Below are positions 57,805 to 64,000 of a stretch of 64,000 nt of DNA, piece by piece (the stretch's first letter is position 1; each line of letters begins with the position of its first letter). The notes beneath the pieces were generated by a model. It had not been told where the DNA came from. It saw only the letters and a program-made list of their open reading frames with translations, and did no database searches. The position numbers and the translations under genes were made by a program. The stretch spans positions 18,046-82,045 of the IMG/VR virus record IMGVR_UViG_3300033156_000312; one strand, given 5' to 3'. The DNA comes from a virus.

Positions 57805-59424
57805 TTAAAAGTCTGTTCCCAATCCCCAACTCGAATTTGTGGGAGGGATGTCTTCAAAATCTCTGATTTTCCAAATTATTATTGCCAACACACGAAAAGC
57901 GTCAAATAAATGGTCTCCTATACCACTTGGACATATATACATCTTTCGTGTTCCAGATATTTTAGAGATAACGGCATTGAGTTGTTTATCGAATCTATAG
58001 TCAAGAGGAATTCTGAATTTTTTATCATAGAGAAGTTTTTTTAATCTTCTCACAGACCACTCTGACATATATTCAGTTTTATAAACAGGTTTTCCGTTTT
58101 TGAAAACTATATTATCTTCTTCATCTTTTTCAAAACCAACATTAACTTTCATTGTGCCTGCATAACGAATAACGTGTTTTACTCCATAAATTTTTTCAAA
58201 ATCATCTGCGAGCGTTCTTCCAAGAGCTTCTCCACATTCTACCCCTATAATATTAGCTTGAACGCTATCTATGATATATTTAAAAATTTCAAGTTGTTCA
58301 TCATGCTTTAGATTATAAAGAGTAATATTATATAAATAATTGTATATTTCTTTTACTTCTGATATTACAATAATTTCAGTTCCGCCTGCACCATCTCCAA
58401 CATCAGCACATACAAAAATCTGATTAGCGTTTTTTGGTCTCTCTACAACTATCAAGTCTCTAAATCTCTTATATCTTGTTTTAGGAATCTCAAATCGCTT
58501 GATGTCCTTTTTTTCAATGTAACATTCTCGAACTCTATCCATATCGAATTCCGAGACACCTTCTTCAACTATCTCGCCCTCTACAAAAATACGATAATCA
58601 ATAGAATCTTCTCCACCGTAATGCTCTACTCTGTCTTTTTTTTCTTCTTTGTCCCAATGAGGATTGACATATTGAGGAAGATTAATAACTTTGCCTCGAT
58701 TTTTTAAATCATAGAACATCTGCCCAGCAGGCATATATTTTGTAAAATTAGTCATACCTGCAAATCGTTCTATGACTCCAAGCTCTGAAGCAGATTCTTT
58801 TCGTTTATTAAAAACTTCCTCTGTTTCAAAACTCATTTCTTCACCCCAGAGTTTCTTAAAGTGCTTTTGAAAGAACTGGTCGCCTGGGTCTTTTTTGGCT
58901 TTCAGATTCATATTTACGCCGTCAAGCATCCATCCATTCTTTGCTTCTATATGATAATTAGGATAAGTTCTAATCTGTCCCTGTCTCCATTGTTTAAGAA
59001 TAGGATGCTTATCTATCCCGTGTTTTATAAAGTCTAATACTCCACGTAAATGAATTAAGTCCATAGAGGTGAATCCACAAGGATAACCATCGTCATGAAG
59101 CATAGATAGAGGAACATCTAACTTCTCCGTGCACAGTGTCTTTCCATATTTACGGCCACCAAAATTATATACATCTGCTACATTTTTTCTTAATCGAAAT
59201 TCTTGTTTTTTAGAAAGACTGTAATGTTTTGCGATTCCTTCGAAATCAATTAATGATTCAAATGAAATCATTGGTAATTGATAATTTCTTAATCGCCCAA
59301 ATACATCTTCACGAAATTCAGAAATATTATCAAAATTAGAAAAAAGACATTCAATCAGACATACTGGATTATGCCATGCTTTCATGAAAGACAAATTTTC
59401 TTCATTGATTTTTTCTAAAACCAT
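57805..59424 (-). CDS. Terminase large subunit
   Basis: LR.YQ adenine-binding, GGRKYGKT Walker A, WGEE Walker B-like, NP.W, CADVG nuclease Asp, DHLFDA. Confidence 0.85.
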   Translation of the reverse strand: MVLEKINEENLSFMKAWHNPVCLIECLFSNFDNISEFREDVFGRLRNYQLPMISFESLIDFEGIAKHYSLSKKQEFRLRKNVADVYNFGGRKYGKTLCTEKLDVPLSMLHDDGYPCGFTSMDLIHLRGVLDFIKHGIDKHPILKQWRQGQIRTYPNYHIEAKNGWMLDGVNMNLKAKKDPGDQFFQKHFKKLWGEEMSFETEEVFNKRKESASELGVIERFAGMTNFTKYMPAGQMFYDLKNRGKVINLPQYVNPHWDKEEKKDRVEHYGGEDSIDYRIFVEGEIVEEGVSEFDMDRVRECYIEKKDIKRFEIPKTRYKRFRDLIVVERPKNANQIFVCADVGDGAGGTEIIVISEVKEIYNYLYNITLYNLKHDEQLEIFKYIIDSVQANIIGVECGEALGRTLADDFEKIYGVKHVIRYAGTMKVNVGFEKDEEDNIVFKNGKPVYKTEYMSEWSVRRLKKLLYDKKFRIPLDYRFDKQLNAVISKISGTRKMYICPSGIGDHLFDAFRVLAIIIWKIRDFEDIPPTNSSWGLGTDF

Positions 59425-59468
59425 ATTTTCCTTGTTTATAGGGAATTAATCAGAAACTACTGGAAGGA

Positions 59469-60125
59469 TTACTCTTCTGGAAAAATCTTTTTCTCTAACC
59501 AAGTAATGTAATCGATAGGAGTGCCAAGCACATCCGCAACTTCTTTCTTCGTGAGTTTCCCCTCTTTATATAATTTCCAAAGGGCTTCATTCGCCAAAAA
59601 TCTGTCTTTGAAGAAAGTATGTTTCTGTGCCTCATAAACATCACTTTTAATACGTAACATAATAAGTTTTGAACAATGTGGACACGGAAATGTTCGAGAT
59701 GCTGAATTTTCGTCTAACCATTTCTGAAACTTTCTCTTGAGAATTTGTATATGATTGAAAGCATCATCTACGTTCTTGTCTTCAAATAAACCTAATTTTT
59801 CCCTTAATGTCAATATTTGTTGTAAATTCTGGTCGAGAGCATAGGTAAGGGATTTAGGAGCTACATCTGTTTTTTTATCTGACCCTTTAGCTCTCGCTTT
59901 TTTATAGTCTGTTTCTATTTTTTCTATTTTCTTCTTATATCTCTCTTGTAGCATTTCCCTGAATACTAATTCAGACAAGAGAGTTAAATCGGCAAGAGAT
60001 TCTATGTGATATTTTTCTTTATATTGCTCAAATCTTTTTTTGCCTTTAAATTTCTCTCCTCTATTTAATCCTATACCTTCAAATTCATAGCTTCCTGCTT
60101 TAGATATGTTATTTTTTTCGTTCAT
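59469..60125 (-). CDS. Probable terminase small subunit (ATG 60125)
   Basis: Upstream of TerL; helical D...L..L...E..L...LGL core; CPHC; C-terminal HTH. Confidence 0.6.
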   Translation of the reverse strand: MNEKNNISKAGSYEFEGIGLNRGEKFKGKKRFEQYKEKYHIESLADLTLLSELVFREMLQERYKKKIEKIETDYKKARAKGSDKKTDVAPKSLTYALDQNLQQILTLREKLGLFEDKNVDDAFNHIQILKRKFQKWLDENSASRTFPCPHCSKLIMLRIKSDVYEAQKHTFFKDRFLANEALWKLYKEGKLTKKEVADVLGTPIDYITWLEKKIFPEE

Positions 60126-60259
60126 ATAATTCCTTACCAATAAAGAGGTTACAGTTAGTGAATCTGAAAAAACCACTCAATAGAGTGGTTAACTTATTTA
60201 TTTATAAAGAGTTAGATAAATGTTAAACAAAAAAAAGATAGTTTTAGACATAGATTCAC

Positions 60260-60327
60260 CTCTACTATAAGTATATCATATAAGTATAGGCACTGTCAAG
60301 TAAGACAAGAGTCTTTTTCAAAAAAAA
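60260..60327 (-). promoter_or_regulatory. Sigma70-type promoter, copy 1 (drives terminase/structural arm)
   Basis: - strand TTGACA-N18-TATACT with extended TGn; near-identical copy at 62671. Confidence 0.8.
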
Positions 60328-60360
60328 TAAGAGGAGTTAGTTTTACCTAACCCCTCTTAT
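60327..60360 (-). terminator. Intrinsic terminator just upstream of promoter copy 1
   Basis: - strand ATAAGAGGGGTTAG...CTAACTCCTCTTAT followed by T run. Confidence 0.75.
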
Positions 60361-60388
60361 TATCATAAGTTACGTGAATTTTCAACTT

Positions 60389-60568
60389 TTATCTGAAAAT
60401 TTTTCCAAAAATTCCTTTAACTTCTTCATAAAGCCACTCTATAAACTGTCTTATATATTCAATCGCTTTTCCTATATACTCGACGGCTTTTTCGAGATAA
60501 CCTATAATTTTTTCGAGCATTTCTCTGGAAAATAACTCTCGAAGAAATTCTTTTAATTTATCAAGCAT
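60389..60568 (-). CDS. Amphipathic helical peptide (59 aa, not in ORF track)
   Basis: GGAGG SD; MLDKLKEFLRR..KAVEYIGKAIEYIRQFIEWLYEEVKGIFGKIFR. Confidence 0.6.
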   Translation of the reverse strand: MLDKLKEFLRELFSREMLEKIIGYLEKAVEYIGKAIEYIRQFIEWLYEEVKGIFGKIFR

Positions 60569-60603
60569 GCTATTCCTCCAATTGTGAGATTTGGTCGACC
60601 TAT

Positions 60604-61257
60604 CTACTTAGTCTTACTATACGAACAATTTAAAATTTTTACAATAGTGCGTAATTTCTTGCTTCTATATAAATCCCAAGGAGTTACAAATCCTGGAGTC
60701 GTTGCTGACCAGAGAGATTCAACATGATACAAATAAGCCAAATGCACTAATTCTGAACAAATAAACTTTATCTTGCTATCCCAAGGATTTTGCCAAATTC
60801 TTTTGATAAAATATTTAAGTCTGGGGTTTTCTATGAGTTCAAGTAAAAAGTATCTACCGAGAATAGCAAATGCTTGTCCCCAATCATAAGGATGTCCATC
60901 TTGCTTCAATAGCCAACGTTCCATTCTGACACGTTTCCAATGTTCAAAAGCTCCTCGATACCTTTTGATAACAATATTTGCTTTCGGATGTTTTGCCCAT
61001 AATCTTAATGGCTTAATTTTTACACCCGTAAAAGCAGATTGAATTATTTTACATTCATTTATGTCGTTATGAGTTTCAATAACTATACCTATATGATTGG
61101 GCACGAAACGGTCTTCTGGATGTTTGCCTCCATTTTCTACAATTCTAATGGCTCGACCTAATATATTCCATGAAGACCTTCCATCAATAAAGACAATATC
61201 ACCAAATTGAAGCTTCTGATGTATGCTTTCAGTCCATTCGATTTTTCTTTCGTGCAT
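60604..61257 (-). CDS. Permuted papain-like (YaeF/YiiX, C92) amidase
   Basis: GDIVF, NHIGIV, G.PYD, FICSELV..AY, TP.DL. Confidence 0.85.
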   Translation of the reverse strand: MHERKIEWTESIHQKLQFGDIVFIDGRSSWNILGRAIRIVENGGKHPEDRFVPNHIGIVIETHNDINECKIIQSAFTGVKIKPLRLWAKHPKANIVIKRYRGAFEHWKRVRMERWLLKQDGHPYDWGQAFAILGRYFLLELIENPRLKYFIKRIWQNPWDSKIKFICSELVHLAYLYHVESLWSATTPGFVTPWDLYRSKKLRTIVKILNCSYSKTK

Positions 61258-61258
61258 A

Positions 61259-62104
61259 TTACACTAAACCTTTTTTTCTAAGTTTTCTTCTCTTTCTTAA
61301 AGTAAGATTCGCAACTCGAAGTATAATAGTATTCTTAAATTCTTCAGGGTCATCAATGTCTATCATTTGGATAGCATCCATTAATGTGCGACGCATTTCC
61401 TTGTATGAAAGAAAACCATATCCATTTTGACCCCAACCTGTTCCCCAAGAATTTTTGAACTTATATAATTTTGTTTCATCATCATAACCTACAAGAGCTA
61501 TAGCATGTCCTCCAAGATACCCTTGAATTCTCTCACACCAATTAGCGTCAGGGATATGACCATTTTTCTGTCTATACCAATTTCTATATACTAAAACTCC
61601 AATATGAAGAGGCCCAAATTTTACTAATGAAGCTTTCAGTTCCTTTTCATTTGTAATTCTAACATATACAGGTTCTATCTTATACTTTAAAGCGTTATGA
61701 TAAGCTCCTGAATATGCTTGTCTTGGCTTGTTTGCTTCATAAGGCCAAAATTTTTCTTCACAAATTCCTTTATCAACTAATACTTTAGCGACAGCTTTTA
61801 AAGTAGTTCCTTCTTTATGTCCGCTGATTTTTTTCGCTTCTTCATATAAAAAACGTTCTGATAAATCTATATATCTATCATAATCATGAAATTCCATCCA
61901 CTCTTTAATTGCTGTTCCTGCAAAACCTGCACATGCCCCTTCTCCGCCTTGATTTCTAACTTCAGACATTTCAGCAGTATAATCTATTTTACTTGGCAAT
62001 TTATCTATAATATCACTAACAAGTGTTGTTACCAAATAGTCTCTCTTGTCAAATGGGGATTTATATAATCCCAATCGGCTTTGTAAATACTTGGTTTTTC
62101 TCAT
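61259..62104 (-). CDS. Papain-family (C1A) cysteine peptidase
   Basis: D.RDY, NQGGEGACAGFA, LSERFLY, GGHAI..VGYD, KNSWG..WG..GY. Confidence 0.92.
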   Translation of the reverse strand: MRKTKYLQSRLGLYKSPFDKRDYLVTTLVSDIIDKLPSKIDYTAEMSEVRNQGGEGACAGFAGTAIKEWMEFHDYDRYIDLSERFLYEEAKKISGHKEGTTLKAVAKVLVDKGICEEKFWPYEANKPRQAYSGAYHNALKYKIEPVYVRITNEKELKASLVKFGPLHIGVLVYRNWYRQKNGHIPDANWCERIQGYLGGHAIALVGYDDETKLYKFKNSWGTGWGQNGYGFLSYKEMRRTLMDAIQMIDIDDPEEFKNTIILRVANLTLRKRRKLRKKGLV

Positions 62105-62319
62105 TCTTCTTTATTCTCCTCAATTGGAGAAGTCGGAGTTAATGATTTCTCCTCTTTCTTTTCTTTCTTGAATTTGTATTTGATTATCTTCTCTTTAGGT
62201 AGAGCGAAAAGAGATGGGAAAGATTTGCCTTTCTCACGAAGAGTTTTAAATCTCTCCCAACGCTTACGCACTGTTCTATGGTCATTATTATTGCTTTTAA
62301 AGGAAGGATGTATAGACAT
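62101..62319 (-). CDS. Basic hypothetical protein
   Basis: ORF track; ATGA overlap. Confidence 0.5.
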   Translation of the reverse strand: MSIHPSFKSNNNDHRTVRKRWERFKTLREKGKSFPSLFALPKEKIIKYKFKKEKKEEKSLTPTSPIEENKEE

Positions 62320-62455
62320 ATTACTTTCTCTTGCGTTTATTTGGAATAGACCTCAAAGCAAGATATTTAATCTTACGAAATAGCTTAATAGCATTCCATG
62401 TAGTTTTATCAAGTTTTAAAGCTCTATAAAATTTGTTTTTTCCATCTCTCATATA

Positions 62456-62575
62456 TTACCTATAAGGTTTACTTACAGCCCATATCAGCACAGGAATCCA
62501 AAAGACAACTAATACAGGGCATAAAGCTGTTAAAATACTTGCTACCCATATTAACAATATTTTTAGTATCTGCAT
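62456..62575 (-). CDS. Small hydrophobic membrane peptide (39 aa, not in ORF track)
   Basis: MQILKILLIWVASILTALCPVLVVFWIPVLIWAVSKPYR. Confidence 0.4.
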   Translation of the reverse strand: MQILKILLIWVASILTALCPVLVVFWIPVLIWAVSKPYR

Positions 62576-62670
62576 ATTATCACTATTCTTTTGTTAAGAG
62601 CAGTTAGGGAATAGTAATAGTTTTCTATTGGACATACACCAACGTTCTCACCCTCTTTTATCATCATCTG

Positions 62671-62737
62671 CTCTACTATAAGTATATCACATAGAGTAGA
62701 GCAGTGTCAAGTAAGACAAGGGTCTTTTTCAAAAAAA
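62671..62737 (-). promoter_or_regulatory. Sigma70-type promoter, copy 2 (head of - strand arm)
   Basis: - strand TTGACA-N18-TATACT; flanks match copy 1, spacer diverged. Confidence 0.8.
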
Positions 62738-63673
62738 TTTTTGGCTACGCCACCACTCTACTCTCTACTGTATCAAAGTAGCTACTTTTGACCCTTCGGG
62801 TCAGTTCCACTCTTTATTGTAGCGTATACCATAGTGATAATATTCTTAATAAACTCACTTCAATACCGATAGCCATAATTGAAGAAATAGAGCATTTATT
62901 TTAATAATCGAAACCATTATTTACATTTCGTAGTAGTTATCATAGATAGTGATAATCTTATCTATAATAGTAACCCTATATTGTTGTCAGAAAAAATGTA
63001 TAGTTTTTCTGATAGAAATGTTTCATTTTATAGGATAGTATACACGATTACTGTATAATAAATGCACGATTAAGTCAGTAAATGTCATAATATATAGCGA
63101 ATTTCAGGTTAAGTCCTTATTGTAAAAGGACTTAGCTGGAAAATTGATGATTTCCAGCGTTAGAAAGAGTGTTTTGGAGCTGTGAGATACAGCGACTTAG
63201 AGCATAGATAGGGCGACTTAGACATAGGTTAGGACGAGATAGGACGACAATAGAGCTACTTATATAGCGATTTTTTCTGTTTGCTAATTAAGACCCTATA
63301 GTCATAACTATTGATAAATAAAGAAGTTAGATAAATTGATTAGAGTGATAATAGTATATTATCGCTTTATACAGCAATAAATGAGTGATATTGCATAAAA
63401 AAGCGACTGCACTATTAACTATCTCGACATAGTATGACTATTAACTATTTCGTCTATTATAAGCAATAATTAAAAATGTTATTGTATTTGTTTTTTTATA
63501 ATGTATAGTATGATAATGTAATAATAGTATAGTATAACATAAAGATATTATAGATAGTTATTAACAGATAATTTTTAGTTAATAATGTATCAAAAGGTAG
63601 TTTTAAAGCGAATACTGAATTATTAACAAAATAACATTGTAAATGTTAGATAGACAAAAGATAGTTTTTTTAT

Positions 63674-63702
63674 TTGCTTTTAATGTTTTTTTATGCTATA
63701 CT
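63674..63702 (+). promoter_or_regulatory. Sigma70-type promoter for divergent early region
   Basis: TTGCTT-N17-TATACT with TGn extension; AAGGAG SD before ATG 63732. Confidence 0.6.
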
Positions 63703-63731
63703 TGTATTAGCAAACAGAAAGGAGATTTAAA

Positions 63732-63953
63732 ATGAAAGCGATAATCAACAGATTTAATGATGATGAGATTAAATTTTTGATTAGTTTAATCAACAGATAT
63801 ACAGATGATATAATTGCAAGTAAAGATAATTTAAAGTATTTTAATGACTGTTATGTATTATCACTCGTAAATAAAGTCTTGTCAAAAAGTCTTGTCAAAA
63901 CAGACTATATAACGCTTGTCAAAAGTATTCAGAGAAAACTAACAACAATATAA
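63732..63953 (+). CDS. Putative early protein, no Gly/Pro/Trp
   Basis: Promoter and SD upstream. Confidence 0.6.
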   Translation: MKAIINRFNDDEIKFLISLINRYTDDIIASKDNLKYFNDCYVLSLVNKVLSKSLVKTDYITLVKSIQRKLTTI

Positions 63954-64000
63954 TATTAGCAAAACAATAAAAAGACTTAACAAGTTTAGAGTATATAAGT

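Larger units (their letters stand above)
1..64000. mobile_element. Tailed dsDNA bacteriophage genome segment (siphovirus-like)
   Basis: Terminase, portal, capsid, tape measure and tail genes on - strand; phage-type replication genes on + strand; dense overlapping small ORFs; no host housekeeping operons; no integrase seen in window. Confidence 0.95.

Noticed and set aside
1-64000. Stop-codon reassignment, tRNA or rRNA genes
   Set aside because: Standard code gives dense full-length genes ending in TAA, TAG and TGA; no cloverleaf or rRNA-like segment recognised by eye

Overview
The whole window is part of one AT-rich tailed dsDNA phage genome, probably a siphovirus (tape measure present, no sheath) of a bacterial host (sigma70-type promoters, Shine-Dalgarno sites). 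It has two convergent arms that meet at 25543-25558. The + arm (1-25558) carries replication/recombination genes: Prim-Pol primase-helicase, RuvC-like resolvase, RecA, family B DNA polymerase, Mre11/Rad50 and several HNH genes. It ends in an ~8 kb glycan/sulfation cluster: cytidylyltransferase-methyltransferase, a small HxGH nucleotidyltransferase, APS kinase, two sulfotransferases, LicD, and GT29-like, Maf-like, GT-A and GT2 transferases. The - arm (62575-25543) carries cysteine peptidases, terminase, portal, protease/scaffold, capsid, decoration/fibre, neck and tail genes. About 1 kb of non-coding control DNA and the start of a divergent early region close the window. The best candidate for an undescribed system is a self-contained phage PAPS-synthesis and sulfated-glycan pathway, possibly decorating the virion. 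Other oddities are a CC/GG-depleted early region, a G12 tract that frameshifts a structural gene, an Mre11 gene split by a collapsed HNH gene, and an HNH-MazG fusion. All family calls come from motifs read by eye; no database search was run.
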